From: a virus
Lineage: Duplodnaviria; Caudoviricetes
Strand: one strand, 5' to 3'
Virus record (IMG/VR): IMGVR_UViG_3300042294_003246
DNA length: 64,000 nucleotides
The first letter of the stretch is position 1; each line of letters starts with the position of its first letter. A program made the position numbers and the translations under genes. Shown here piece by piece: positions 48,298 to 58,548 of this stretch. Under the pieces are notes generated by a model, which was given only the letters and a program-made list of their open reading frames with translations, was not told the origin of the DNA and ran no database searches.

Positions 48298-48825
48298 TTA
48301 GATTCCTTTAATAAGGTTTATTGATTGTTTTAGGTATTCTTTAGCTCTTGGGGACGGAGTATATTCATCATCCTTAGTTTGAAGGTTTAAAACCCTTTCA
48401 ATGTCCTTAACTAACTCAGTTCCGTGTTCATTTTCTTTATATAACTCGATGATCTTATCCATGGCTTTATTGCATTCACCTGTAGTCTCGTCATAATAGT
48501 TTTTATTCCTAAACTTATTCAAATGATTCATCATTTCATATGCCAAATGTGTTCCACCGTCTTTAATGTCTTTAAACAAACGGATATTATTCAAAATCCC
48601 TAAAGTATCAACCATAGAGTTAACCCCTGTAATTCTTTTGGTAATCCCTGGTGTGTATTTATCAAATTCACCCGCTCTCCCGACTATTTCGTCTAGAGGC
48701 ATAACATTTTCAGGAATACACTTAGGTTTTTCCTTTTTATTTTTTTTTCCTTCCATTTCGTTTTCTAAAAGAACTTTTCTAATGACTCTATTTAGGTCAC
48801 GGTTATTAAATTGATTTCGTTTCAT
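48298..48825 (-). CDS. Leader family protein
   Basis: MKRNQFNNRDLNRVIRKVLLENE. Confidence 0.65.
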   Translation of the reverse strand: MKRNQFNNRDLNRVIRKVLLENEMEGKKNKKEKPKCIPENVMPLDEIVGRAGEFDKYTPGITKRITGVNSMVDTLGILNNIRLFKDIKDGGTHLAYEMMNHLNKFRNKNYYDETTGECNKAMDKIIELYKENEHGTELVKDIERVLNLQTKDDEYTPSPRAKEYLKQSINLIKGI

Positions 48826-48879
48826 CTTATAATATATTTTAAAAACTTTAAGTATTTATAATAATAAATATTAGATAAT

Positions 48880-49251
48880 ATGAAAAATATTAATGACATT
48901 ATAAGGAAAGTATTGATTGAGTCATTTTTAAGACCTAAGTTTATTTTTGAGGATTTCTATGGGTCGGTTGAAGATGTTGATTTTTTAAATGAAGCCGAAT
49001 ATCAAGGAAGAAAAGTTCAACTTGGTAAAATAATGCAGGGTGACGTAAAAAAGTTTAAGGTTTATGTTAAAAATGACAAAGGTAAAGTTGTTAAAGTTAA
49101 TTTTGGTTTTGGTGGTAAATCAGCAAAAGGGAAAAGAATGGTTATTAAAAAAAATAACCCAGAAAGACGACGATCTTTCAGAGCAAGACACAATTGCGAT
49201 AATCCTGGACCAAGATGGAAACCAAGATATTGGGCTTGTAGAACTTGGTAA
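48880..49251 (+). CDS. Leader-bearing basic Cys-containing protein (DUF6321-like)
   Basis: MKNINDIIRKVLIES...FLNEA then EYQGRKV...KVNFG...RRSFRARHNC...RYWAC; family name from recollection; TATTTATA at 48853-48860. Confidence 0.6.
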   Translation: MKNINDIIRKVLIESFLRPKFIFEDFYGSVEDVDFLNEAEYQGRKVQLGKIMQGDVKKFKVYVKNDKGKVVKVNFGFGGKSAKGKRMVIKKNNPERRRSFRARHNCDNPGPRWKPRYWACRTW

Positions 49252-49315
49252 TAAATAACTAAATTAACACAATTTTATTTTGGGTAATTATTTTTTAGCA
49301 AAAAAAATAGATTTA

Positions 49316-49903
49316 ATGGAGAGTTATAGATATGACTCATTAGTTCGACAGATTATAAAGGATATTGTTCTTATGTATAAAAAAGAATCTGACGGGCATT
49401 TTTATTTACCCTACGATGTTGATGAAGAGTCTGACGAATACGACTTTAAAGACATATTTGTTTCTGTTGAATTAATTTTGGAAGAGTCAAATACGGTTGA
49501 CGATTTTTTATTAAACGCCGATTTTTATCCCGATGATGATACTATTGTTGTAAAAATAGTATATAATCCAGAATTTAAAACTAAAAATATCTACAACATG
49601 GTCGGAGAATTAAACGAACTCATTGCACACGAACTTAGACATAGTCACCAAAAAAATACCGGTCTATTTGATTTGGATTCTGACATGGATGTTGATGAAG
49701 AAAAAGGTTTCGAGTATTATACAAGACCTGAGGAAATTGACGCTCAATATTACGGATTCAAAAGAATGTCAAAAATCACAAAAAAACCTTTCGATGAATT
49801 AGTTAAAAATTGGTTCAAAAAGTATAAGGATGTTCATCAAATGGATGATTCTGAAGTTGAAGAAACTGTATCGATGATATTAAATTACAGACCTAAGATT
49901 TAA
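49316..49903 (+). CDS. Putative zinc metallopeptidase (HExxH)
   Basis: LIAHELRHSHQ and downstream YYTRPEEIDA; likely start ATG 49316. Confidence 0.6.
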   Translation: MESYRYDSLVRQIIKDIVLMYKKESDGHFYLPYDVDEESDEYDFKDIFVSVELILEESNTVDDFLLNADFYPDDDTIVVKIVYNPEFKTKNIYNMVGELNELIAHELRHSHQKNTGLFDLDSDMDVDEEKGFEYYTRPEEIDAQYYGFKRMSKITKKPFDELVKNWFKKYKDVHQMDDSEVEETVSMILNYRPKI

Positions 49904-50513
49904 ACCTATCTATAATCTTTTTGACTAGCATATAAACAATATGTGATGTAAAAATCCCGCCTAAATAGTGTCCTACACCCATCGCTAATAATTTAATTTG
50001 TTTTTCACCTATTGATAAATCTGAAAGATCTTTCAATATTGGAACTAATGGGACCAAAAACGTGTAGGCGATCATATTAGAGACTTTTGAAAAAGTTAAA
50101 TTCAAACTTTCTAAAAAACCGAAAAGAGCATCTCTTAAATCATAGGATTTTGAAAGTGCTCTATCAAAAAACGTAATTAATTTTTTTTCTTTTATTAGTT
50201 CTAACACCTCACGTAATTTTTCCTTATTCGAGGAAAAAAAAGTTAAAATTATACCAAAAGATATTAGGGTTATGTCTGTTTCTGTTAGGTTTGGATATCT
50301 ACCACTCATATATTTTGAAACAGGTCCCACAAATCCCCCTATTACAGAACCCCAAGTTCCCAAAAAAACAAAATCAATTCCAAATTGTTTTTTTACGTCT
50401 TCGATAATTTTTTTTGTAAAGTTTTTCGAATTAGTAAAAATATCCGACATGGCATTTTCTTTAGATTCTTGTAGAACTTTAATGTATTGCGATTCTGTTA
50501 AAATTATATCCAT
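49893..50513 (-). CDS. MDIILTESQ-leader hydrophobic protein
   Basis: MDIILTESQYIKVLQES; several hydrophobic segments. Confidence 0.7.
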   Translation of the reverse strand: MDIILTESQYIKVLQESKENAMSDIFTNSKNFTKKIIEDVKKQFGIDFVFLGTWGSVIGGFVGPVSKYMSGRYPNLTETDITLISFGIILTFFSSNKEKLREVLELIKEKKLITFFDRALSKSYDLRDALFGFLESLNLTFSKVSNMIAYTFLVPLVPILKDLSDLSIGEKQIKLLAMGVGHYLGGIFTSHIVYMLVKKIIDRFKS

Positions 50514-50625
50514 ACTATATGTAAATATCTTTATATGGAATAATAATTTATAAATTATAAACTTAAATTATATTTCTATTTTAATTTATATCGTAGTTGA
50601 GATATTTATATAAAAAAATATAGTT

Positions 50626-51240
50626 ATGAATTCATACTTTTTTAAAATGAACAAACAAGAAAGAGAGAACATCTTGGATCAACATAAACATGTATATGAT
50701 GGTTATGTAACAAAATACAATCAACAATCAAACCAATATCCTCTTTATGTTCAGGATTTGGCAAATGATAAAAATGGTATTACGGTAAATAATAAAGGAT
50801 TGGTTAAGACTTATACTAACGTAGGTATTAATGAAGGTCTTTTAGATATGATTGCCGATGGGCCTATGGACTTAGAAAACGGAACGATAGATATTGATAG
50901 TGTGAGTCAAACAAATTCAATCAATAAAAAAATGTTGGACCAATATTATCCATCACCCAACGAGGAAGAAGAAGAATTTGTAACCTATGGTAAAATCTCA
51001 GATGAAGAGGACATACCAAACACAAGCTTACAAAACTTAGATAGGTTTGAATATGATATTGACGAACTTGAGGACTATTCAGCGAGCAAAGATTATGACA
51101 ATACAGACGAAGAATATTTAACTTACAGTGAAAGACTACAAGATACACTACAAAATGTTGATGAAGAAATACTACCTGAATTAGTTCAACAATTGTATGA
51201 GTCGAGACACATGTTCGAAAGATTCAAAAAATACAACTAA
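50626..51240 (+). CDS. Acidic protein with ERENILDQH leader-like N-terminus
   Basis: MNSYFFKMNKQERENILDQHK; GINEG and LYES junctions; TATTTATA at 50603-50610. Confidence 0.65.
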   Translation: MNSYFFKMNKQERENILDQHKHVYDGYVTKYNQQSNQYPLYVQDLANDKNGITVNNKGLVKTYTNVGINEGLLDMIADGPMDLENGTIDIDSVSQTNSINKKMLDQYYPSPNEEEEEFVTYGKISDEEDIPNTSLQNLDRFEYDIDELEDYSASKDYDNTDEEYLTYSERLQDTLQNVDEEILPELVQQLYESRHMFERFKKYN

Positions 51241-51241
51241 A

Positions 51242-51541
51242 ATGGAAATTCAAGAATTGATTTTTTTTTATCTACACGAAAACACAAACACCATAGAAGT
51301 TCAATTTAGATTAAATGTCGATTCTGAGGATGAAATTAGAATTGATAATATCAATTTAAATGAGGCTTCTGATTTTGGTTATGATTTGATATTAGAGGAA
51401 ATTGAATCATATGACGATGATGACGAAGAAAATTTATATTGGTTTGATTCCCCATCAATTGACGAAGACAATCTAATTAGTTTTCTAAATGAATATTATA
51501 TAGTGAGCCCCGAAAAACTACCAAAACCCGAGTTAATCTAA
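51242..51541 (+). CDS. Acidic hypothetical protein
   Basis: Likely start ATG 51242. Confidence 0.6.
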   Translation: MEIQELIFFYLHENTNTIEVQFRLNVDSEDEIRIDNINLNEASDFGYDLILEEIESYDDDDEENLYWFDSPSIDEDNLISFLNEYYIVSPEKLPKPELI

Positions 51542-52038
51542 GGACCAACTCGAGTTAAAAACATGGTTGTGGTTTCACCACTGCTGTTTGAACCATAATC
51601 ATAGCTTCCTGATGTTCTAATAACAAGACTTTCAGGACCATCATCAATTATTTTCCAAACTCTACGAGTTCCATCGTAATCAAAAACAATATATCCCAAA
51701 TCATATACGTTTCTTTGACCATGAACGTAATATGTGAATTTTTTAGTCCAAGTTGTCCCACCACTGGGTAAATCAATAGGATAGAAATAAATTACAGAAT
51801 AGTCCAAAGCAAGTCTTGTAAACCCAACCTCAATAGAATCCAAAGGTTTTGTTTCACTTTCATTTACGTAAAGCGTTCCGGGGTAAAAAACTTGGTTCAA
51901 CCCTGAATAGTCTCGGTTTTCATAAGTAATTTTATCTATACGATATTCTCCACTTAAACTAAGAAGTGGTGGTTGTGCATACTTTACACAAGAGCTTATA
52001 ACAAGAGATAAAATAAGAATTGATAAAATGTTTTTCAT
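51538..52038 (-). CDS. Lipoprotein (lipocalin-like)
   Basis: Lipobox LVISSC at residues 12-17; LSGEYRI lipocalin-like motif. Confidence 0.65.
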   Translation of the reverse strand: MKNILSILILSLVISSCVKYAQPPLLSLSGEYRIDKITYENRDYSGLNQVFYPGTLYVNESETKPLDSIEVGFTRLALDYSVIYFYPIDLPSGGTTWTKKFTYYVHGQRNVYDLGYIVFDYDGTRRVWKIIDDGPESLVIRTSGSYDYGSNSSGETTTMFLTRVGP

Positions 52039-52101
52039 ATGGTTTTAATTTCTACAAATATAAATATATTTTTTTAATTACAAGGACTATTTATTAAAAA
52101 A

Positions 52102-52335
52102 ATGGAATTAGACGAAATAATTTATTTACTGAAAAGATATACAACAACCGAATCGAAAGATGAGATTGGAGAACAAGATGCTGGAGGATCGGGAGGTGGT
52201 GGCGGAGCTGCTTATCCTACGGTTACAAAATGGGAAACAGGACTAACGAGAAGTGTTGCAAATCAAATAGATTATAAGGCTAAGTGGAAAGATTTGAACA
52301 AACTGACTAGAGGGAAGGCAAATACTTTATTATAA
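52102..52335 (+). CDS. Small leader-bearing protein
   Basis: MELDEIIYLLKRYTTTESKDEIGEQ; TATTTAT at 52088-52094. Confidence 0.6.
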   Translation: MELDEIIYLLKRYTTTESKDEIGEQDAGGSGGGGGAAYPTVTKWETGLTRSVANQIDYKAKWKDLNKLTRGKANTLL

Positions 52336-52365
52336 ACATTTTTTAATGATATTTATAAAAAAACT

Positions 52366-53841
52366 ATGAACTACAATAATTTAAAATTGGTCGGTATATC
52401 TCACGATGTAAAATATATTTTTACAAATGAGGGTATATTAGAGACCAATTCTTTTTTTTCAAATTCCAAAACAAATTTAATCGAATATTCTTACGAAAAC
52501 CTTCACTTAGGTATTCAAATGTTAAAGGAACATTATTCGACATTTTATAAGGCGAATCAAATATCTCTTATAGAGTATTCCAATTCACCTAGAAGATCTT
52601 TATATAGATTACTCGAGATCTTTGAATTGAAAAACTACACAACCATTATAAAGGAATGGGAAGAAGTTTATGGAAACAAATTACTTCTAATCAATGAATC
52701 AGTAGATAAACTACTTGTTGAAAGTAGGGTAAATGATGCTTGGAATAGTATCTCAAACATTTTACATGAAAATATGATTGGGGATTTCTTTAGTGACCCT
52801 ATTGGATCAATCGGTAGAGGTGTAAAAAATGTTGGTAGTTGGGTTTACGATCAAGGAAAAAAGGCCGTTGATTGGACTGTAGATCAGGCAAAACAAATTA
52901 GAGATAAAGGATTTTTTACATGGGCAGGAGAAAAAGTTAGTAACGCTTGGAATTATGTTAAAGATGCGGTTGCAAGGGCATGGAATTGTTTAACAAATAA
53001 TTTCTTTGAGTGTTTAATGGAGGGAATTAGAGACGCATCATTTTCTGCCGTGGGAATGGGAGTTATGACCGCAATTTCATTTATTCCTGGTGTGGGTCAA
53101 GTGGCGGATGTTATAGTATTTGGTAGTTTGTTAATTTGGGACATTTACAAAATGTTGAGCGGTAAATACGAATCAGGTAAATACAAATGGAGTTGGATGG
53201 AAATAATTATCGACGCCATATGTGCCGTGTTACCAGCGTTAGGGTTTTTAGCAAAATCGGCTCTTAGAGGAATCAAGGGATTTGCCGAATTGGGAATTAA
53301 GGCGGCAACTGAAGGAGGTATTTTTAGAAGAGTTCTAAACTTTTTCAAGGGAAGCCTTGGTAAAATATTTTCTGCAATAGGAAAATCTATGAAGTTTGTC
53401 GGAGAAAAATTAGGATTAACATTTCTTGAAAAATACGGAGCAAAGGCCGAAACAATTTTAACAAAAGAAGTTGAGGTTGCTGAAAAGGCAGCACAAACAG
53501 CCGCTAAGGAAGGTGAAAAGGGCGTTGTAGGAACAGCAAAAGATTCACTTAAAAAGGCGGGCGAAGGAGTTAAACAATTTACCAAAGATTTCAAATTTAC
53601 TAAACCAATTCCTGTGGTTTTAAAAAAATCGGGAAAAACAGTATTAGTTACCGCGGCTCTTTGTGCCGCTCTTGGTGTTGATGGGTGGACTTGTCAACAC
53701 AAAATAGAAAATGGTGAGATAAGCGAAGAACAAATTAAAAAAGCGGAAGAAGACTTAAAAGCCGGATTAAAATCAGATAAACTAAAACAAGAAATGTCGA
53801 AATTAACCGTGCAAGATGCTGAAGCACAGGGATTATTTTAA
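52366..53841 (+). CDS. Large helical protein with hydrophobic Gly/Ala segments (candidate ejected virion protein)
   Basis: LINES/LVES/LHEN junctions; W-periodic amphipathic helices; TM-like segments; TATTTATA at 52350-52357. Confidence 0.65.
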   Translation: MNYNNLKLVGISHDVKYIFTNEGILETNSFFSNSKTNLIEYSYENLHLGIQMLKEHYSTFYKANQISLIEYSNSPRRSLYRLLEIFELKNYTTIIKEWEEVYGNKLLLINESVDKLLVESRVNDAWNSISNILHENMIGDFFSDPIGSIGRGVKNVGSWVYDQGKKAVDWTVDQAKQIRDKGFFTWAGEKVSNAWNYVKDAVARAWNCLTNNFFECLMEGIRDASFSAVGMGVMTAISFIPGVGQVADVIVFGSLLIWDIYKMLSGKYESGKYKWSWMEIIIDAICAVLPALGFLAKSALRGIKGFAELGIKAATEGGIFRRVLNFFKGSLGKIFSAIGKSMKFVGEKLGLTFLEKYGAKAETILTKEVEVAEKAAQTAAKEGEKGVVGTAKDSLKKAGEGVKQFTKDFKFTKPIPVVLKKSGKTVLVTAALCAALGVDGWTCQHKIENGEISEEQIKKAEEDLKAGLKSDKLKQEMSKLTVQDAEAQGLF

Positions 53842-53846
53842 ATATT

Positions 53847-55139
53847 ATGGAAAATTTAAAAGAACAACTTAACAGAATCAAATTATTATACAACTATAAT
53901 TTGAACGAAACTTATGAAGAAAACAAAATTAAACAGTCGTCCAAAAACTATTTGAATGAGGCTGCTGCCGAGGCCCTAATCGCAGCCAAGGAGTTGGGGA
54001 ACGCAGAAAGAGCCATCCTACATAATAGTTTAGAAACTGTAGTTGCCGATATAGGTGCAGTCACTATTAAAAATGAGAAAGGAATTTTTTCATCAACAAA
54101 AAATGTCGAAGAAATAGTGTTGGCGATGAAAGAAGGAAGAATTGCGGGTGCTGAGTTAGGTAATATTGGTAAGTCTCTCTTAAAAAGCCCGGCAACAAGC
54201 ACAGAGATTAAATCATTAGCAGCCGAACTGGTAACATCATTTCCATCTTTTGAACAAAAATATGGTATGTTAACAAGAGAACAAGCCGTAAACGAACTAA
54301 TGAATGGTCCTGGAAAATATACAAAAGGTGAAGCAGAAACTCTTATGAATAAGTATAAGTCGAGAAAAAGTCGAGTTGATCCAATCGAGCCCCCTAAGAC
54401 AGGTGAAGGACCGAAACCAAGTGAAGGACCGAAACCAAGTGAAGGACCGAAACCAAGTGAAGGACCTGTAAATCAAAATAATATCAACCTCAATATAACT
54501 AACCAAGTTCAATCCGAGGGATTTAAAATTGCGGAAGAGTATGGACCTCACATGGATGATGCAGCAAGAAAAAGAAAATGGAAAGACTCTCAAGATTGGT
54601 TAAAAAATGACGAAAGAGGGTTTATGGAAGAATATAATAGAGTTAGTAAGGGATCAAGACTTAGAAGAGGTCTTAATTGGGGTCGAAAAATTATGTCTTG
54701 GGGAACTCTTTGGGGAATATTTAAAATTGCGGGAATAGGTCTAACTTTATGGGCCGTATATAGTTTATTTACAGATAGTGGATGGAAAGTTAAAGACGAT
54801 GATAAAATAGATGATGATGACGGCGGAGGCGGCGGCGGAGACGATGACGGAGGAGGTGGAGGATCACCTGATGACGACCAAAACCAAGGAGTGTTGATCG
54901 ACGTTGATGGTAATAAATATATAGAATGCACACCACCTTATTATAAGGGTTGTGTCGCTAAAAAAGGAAATGACGACATAAGAAAGGCTCAAGATTGTTT
55001 GGGTGTAACACCTAATGGTTTCTTTAATAAAGAAACAGAAGACGCATTATATAAAAAAATAAACAAGAAAAGTTTTAGTCCATCAGATATGCCATCGATA
55101 TGTGCGACGAGTTATGGGGCTAGTAGATTCTCTTATTAA
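53847..55139 (+). CDS. MENLKEQL-leader protein with TM segment and C-terminal PG-binding-like domain
   Basis: Leader MENLKEQLNRIKLL...YLNEA; EGPKPS x3; TM; DDIRKAQDCLGVTPNGFFNKETEDAL. Confidence 0.65.
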   Translation: MENLKEQLNRIKLLYNYNLNETYEENKIKQSSKNYLNEAAAEALIAAKELGNAERAILHNSLETVVADIGAVTIKNEKGIFSSTKNVEEIVLAMKEGRIAGAELGNIGKSLLKSPATSTEIKSLAAELVTSFPSFEQKYGMLTREQAVNELMNGPGKYTKGEAETLMNKYKSRKSRVDPIEPPKTGEGPKPSEGPKPSEGPKPSEGPVNQNNINLNITNQVQSEGFKIAEEYGPHMDDAARKRKWKDSQDWLKNDERGFMEEYNRVSKGSRLRRGLNWGRKIMSWGTLWGIFKIAGIGLTLWAVYSLFTDSGWKVKDDDKIDDDDGGGGGGDDDGGGGGSPDDDQNQGVLIDVDGNKYIECTPPYYKGCVAKKGNDDIRKAQDCLGVTPNGFFNKETEDALYKKINKKSFSPSDMPSICATSYGASRFSY

Positions 55140-55153
55140 AAAATATAAAAAAA

Positions 55154-56917
55154 ATGGATATTTCAAAAAAACTAACACAAATCCTATTAGAACAAGAAGC
55201 TAGTAAAGAAACTAAAGGAGTTAATGTCTCCGATACAGGTAAAGTATTGCAAAATACTATTAATTTTTGCCAAGGTATATCTTTTCTAAAAGATAAGGCG
55301 ATTAAGTCTATGAGTAGAACATCACCAAAAGATACAACTAGCGGACAACCATTAATGGCTAAATTCAAAGATGTTTATAACTCGGGTAAAGAAAGTGTTG
55401 CCTTTGCTTCCGGAGACGATGGTAGTGGAAATATTATAGTTGTTTTTGGTATGCAAGATCCGAACTTAACAGATCAAGCATTATTAGGATACAGAGTTAC
55501 AACAGGAGCAGTTGCCGACAGGATAACTGACGGTATTGCAAAAGGGTGTCAATATTTACAAAAAATAGAAGATGTGGGACAAGCACAACTTTCGGCTTAT
55601 GATAGATCTAGACTTGATGCTTTTATTAAAAAACAAGGTGGTTTATTTACCTCAACTGATCCGAAAGATCCGTTGAACTATAGAGAATATAAAATGAAGA
55701 ATCTCAAAGACGCTGACGGATTACCTTTATTACAAAGTCCAGGTGAAGGTATTGTTTGGAAAAAAGTCGAACAAGATCAAGGAACTATGGGTGATGTTGC
55801 AGGTGAAGTTGATGACTTTATGAAAGAACAAGGATTTACAAAAAACAAACCAAAGGCAGGAACCGATGAAGCAAATTATGGGTTTTATCTAAAAGACGTT
55901 CAAGGAGATTTACCATCATTAAGTATTGATCCTGATATCAGAAATACAGGAATATATTTCCCTGACCCAAGTTATACAAGTGAATACGGTGGTTCAGTTT
56001 TGACTCCTGATAGAAAGGCTTGTAAATCTGTAATTAAAAGACTTTACGATTGCAAAACAAAAACAAACAAAGCAGGATGTTCCGCAAATCTATTTAGAGA
56101 TAAGTTTATTGCTCTTTCGTGTGGTGATAAAAACTTTATCGAAGGTCCTTTTGGAAAAGGAGATGAATATAAGGCAATTTTTTCAGATCCAGGTCCATAC
56201 GGATTGGCAAATCTAAACAGAGCAAGAGGTAAAGCGAAGTATTCTTCAATGACAGAATCTCTTAACAAAAAAATCAACAAAAGATTAAACGAAGATTTCA
56301 AAAGACTTTCTTTTAATAAAAAAAAAATTCAATTTGACAATCAACTAGTTGAGTCATTAGCAGATCAGTTGGTTGTAAGTGCATTATTCGACTTACAAAA
56401 AGATTTCAAAAAATTCCAAAGATTGGATGAAAATGCAATAACCGATTTTCTATCTAGTGCTGGAAGTAAAGCTTTAGAAGGCGGAAAAAACTTAGTTAGT
56501 AATTTAGGAAGTAAATTGGGAACGGGTCTAAGTCAAGGATTTAAAGAGACGATCGCAAAAAAAATAATTGGCTGGGCAGGTTTCGACCCAAATGGTTATT
56601 TCGCTCTTTTAATCGCTAATATTTTTGCAAATCTTGAATTTAAGGATTATATGAATTTTATTAGTGATTGTGAAAAGTTTAGTGAAATTATTACAAAATC
56701 AGCGTTAGAGGCGTGGTTAGATAAAGCAGTTGTATCAATGAAAGGTGGTGAAGCTGGAACTATATCAACTTTTGTTTATACGGCCCTAAAAAATACCGTA
56801 ACTGAGGCAGCAGCAAACACACCAGCATTTAGAGCATTAGAAGGGATGGCAACCAAAATTGTTTGTGGAATTATAGAAGGTGTAAAAGAGAGCGGGATTA
56901 TTACAAGTTTTTTCTAA
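55154..56917 (+). CDS. Leader-bearing multi-module protein
   Basis: MDISKKLTQILLEQ; internal MTES...RLNED...LVES...LDENA. Confidence 0.65.
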   Translation: MDISKKLTQILLEQEASKETKGVNVSDTGKVLQNTINFCQGISFLKDKAIKSMSRTSPKDTTSGQPLMAKFKDVYNSGKESVAFASGDDGSGNIIVVFGMQDPNLTDQALLGYRVTTGAVADRITDGIAKGCQYLQKIEDVGQAQLSAYDRSRLDAFIKKQGGLFTSTDPKDPLNYREYKMKNLKDADGLPLLQSPGEGIVWKKVEQDQGTMGDVAGEVDDFMKEQGFTKNKPKAGTDEANYGFYLKDVQGDLPSLSIDPDIRNTGIYFPDPSYTSEYGGSVLTPDRKACKSVIKRLYDCKTKTNKAGCSANLFRDKFIALSCGDKNFIEGPFGKGDEYKAIFSDPGPYGLANLNRARGKAKYSSMTESLNKKINKRLNEDFKRLSFNKKKIQFDNQLVESLADQLVVSALFDLQKDFKKFQRLDENAITDFLSSAGSKALEGGKNLVSNLGSKLGTGLSQGFKETIAKKIIGWAGFDPNGYFALLIANIFANLEFKDYMNFISDCEKFSEIITKSALEAWLDKAVVSMKGGEAGTISTFVYTALKNTVTEAAANTPAFRALEGMATKIVCGIIEGVKESGIITSFF

Positions 56918-56969
56918 TTTTTTTGGTGGTATAGTTTTTTTGTTTATCTTTGTATCAAATAATAGAAAA

Positions 56970-57713
56970 ATGAAAAATCCAATCAAAAGTTTAATTAGTG
57001 TTTTAGTTTTATGTCTAATCGTTTTTTGTCTATTAAATGATAAAATGCAAATTGCCATTTTAGAAAAGGTAGAAAAAATATTCAAAACAGATTTATCCAC
57101 ACTCAAACAAAATATCAAAAACGATGATTTATCGATTGGTGGTGGAAATACGGCCGAACCTTTTGATGAAAACAAATACAAATCTTATTCTGCCGAGTCG
57201 GTCGAGTATTTCAAGGAAATCGCTTTAGGTCGTGAATTTAAAAGTGATAGTGAAGTTCTTAAGCGTTGGGACAAGGACATGAAAATATATGTTGGAGGAA
57301 ACACCAATGAAGTTTTGAATAGTGAGTTGGAACGAATTGTATTGGAATTGAACAACATAATTGATCCCATCAATATCGAAATCGTTTCTGATTCATCATT
57401 ATCCAATATGTATATTTATTTTGGATCTTACAAAGATTTTAGTTTGATTAAACCAAACATTGATTATGGATTACTAAAGTCAAATTGGGGTCTTTTTATA
57501 GTTAAACAAAATTCAGGTTGTATGTATGTTGATATTCATAGGGCTAATGAACTCGAGCAAAAACATTTACTTCGTGAAGAATTAACACAATCTTTAGGTT
57601 TATGTGATGATTCTTACAAATATCCTGAAAGTATTTTTTATCAAGGTTGGACAACAACAACAGAATACGCACCGATTGATAGAGAACTAATTGACATGTT
57701 ATACAATAATTAG
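56970..57713 (+). CDS. DUF2927-like zincin-fold exported protein
   Basis: N-terminal TM; KHLLREELTQSLGL.DDS..YPESIFYQ; promoter TTTG-N19-TATCTTTG at 56922-56952; start ATG 56970. Confidence 0.7.
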   Translation: MKNPIKSLISVLVLCLIVFCLLNDKMQIAILEKVEKIFKTDLSTLKQNIKNDDLSIGGGNTAEPFDENKYKSYSAESVEYFKEIALGREFKSDSEVLKRWDKDMKIYVGGNTNEVLNSELERIVLELNNIIDPINIEIVSDSSLSNMYIYFGSYKDFSLIKPNIDYGLLKSNWGLFIVKQNSGCMYVDIHRANELEQKHLLREELTQSLGLCDDSYKYPESIFYQGWTTTTEYAPIDRELIDMLYNN

Positions 57714-57740
57714 TATATTTATAATAGTTCTTTGAATGTT

Positions 57741-57825
57741 AGAGGAGTGTCAGAGCGGTCGAATGAGGCGGTCTTGAAAACCGTTGATCTTTACGGATCC
57801 GGGGGTTCGAATCCCTCCTCCTCTG
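57741..57825 (+). tRNA. tRNA-Ser(UGA)
   Basis: AGAGGAG/CTCCTCT acceptor, loop CTTGAAA, long variable arm, TTCGAAT, G73. Confidence 0.9.
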
Positions 57826-57840
57826 CAAAATGTGAAATAT

Positions 57841-57912
57841 GGGTCCATAGTTAAACGGATATAACCCTAGCCTTCTAAGCTTGTATTCCTGGTTCGATTC
57901 CAGGTGGACCTA
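57841..57912 (+). tRNA. tRNA-Arg(UCU)
   Basis: GGGTCCA/TGGACCT acceptor, loop CTTCTAA, TTCGATT. Confidence 0.9.
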
Positions 57913-57975
57913 CTACTTTCCCATGAATTTCCCTGTGACAATTAGAACAAACTAAAATATATTTATATTAGTATT

Positions 57976-58089
57976 ATGGAAGACATACATCAACAAATTC
58001 ACGAGGAGTTTATTAACTCTGAAGATTATGATAAGTATCTTTATGATATTTATAATTATGAACCTCAACGAACAGATCCACAGGATTAA
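57976..58089 (+). CDS. Possible small acidic protein (37 aa)
   Basis: Manual translation MEDIHQQIHEEFINSEDYDKYLYDIYNYEPQRTDPQD, preceded by TATTTATA. Confidence 0.35.
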   Translation: MEDIHQQIHEEFINSEDYDKYLYDIYNYEPQRTDPQD

Positions 58090-58528
58090 AAACTTGATGT
58101 ATGAACAACCACAAGTCCAAATTGTATATAAAGGTGATTTAGATGGATACTTTGGAAAAAACATTGAGTTAACGTCTCCTGATAATAATACTATTGGTTT
58201 TATCCATATATCCAAAATGAATGATGGTGAAAATTTAGATCTGAACTTCAATACTTTATATGACGAATCCAAGTTTCAAACCATTCCATTAAATTATGAT
58301 AATTGTCTTTTTATGCACACTTTAGAGGTGGATGAAAACCATAGAAAACAGGGACATGGGTCACACTTATTAGATTTGGCACATGAATTTGCAAAAAATA
58401 ACGGATATAATTATCTATCTTTTATTTCTGATAATGATAATGAAATTGCAAACAACATTTATCAAAAAAGAGGTTATAAGTCATTAAATTCTAATGACAA
58501 TTCTAGTTTTTATTTTGTTGAATTGTAA
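58058..58528 (+). CDS. MNLNEQI-leader GNAT acetyltransferase
   Basis: Start ATG 58058: MNLNEQIHRIKNLMYEQ; LEVDENHRKQGHGSHLL; NEIANNIYQKRGY; TATTTATA at 58047-58054. Confidence 0.8.
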   Translation: MNLNEQIHRIKNLMYEQPQVQIVYKGDLDGYFGKNIELTSPDNNTIGFIHISKMNDGENLDLNFNTLYDESKFQTIPLNYDNCLFMHTLEVDENHRKQGHGSHLLDLAHEFAKNNGYNYLSFISDNDNEIANNIYQKRGYKSLNSNDNSSFYFVEL

Positions 58529-58548
58529 AAATTACTTATCTTTACAGT

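Noticed and set aside
395-57406. Many antisense or alternate-frame track ORFs (e.g. 395-, 1151+, 2411-, 15920-, 16060-, 22911-, 39626-, 53145-, 56044-)
   Set aside because: They lie wholly within better-supported genes and show His/Leu/Phe-biased composition typical of off-frame AT-rich sequence.
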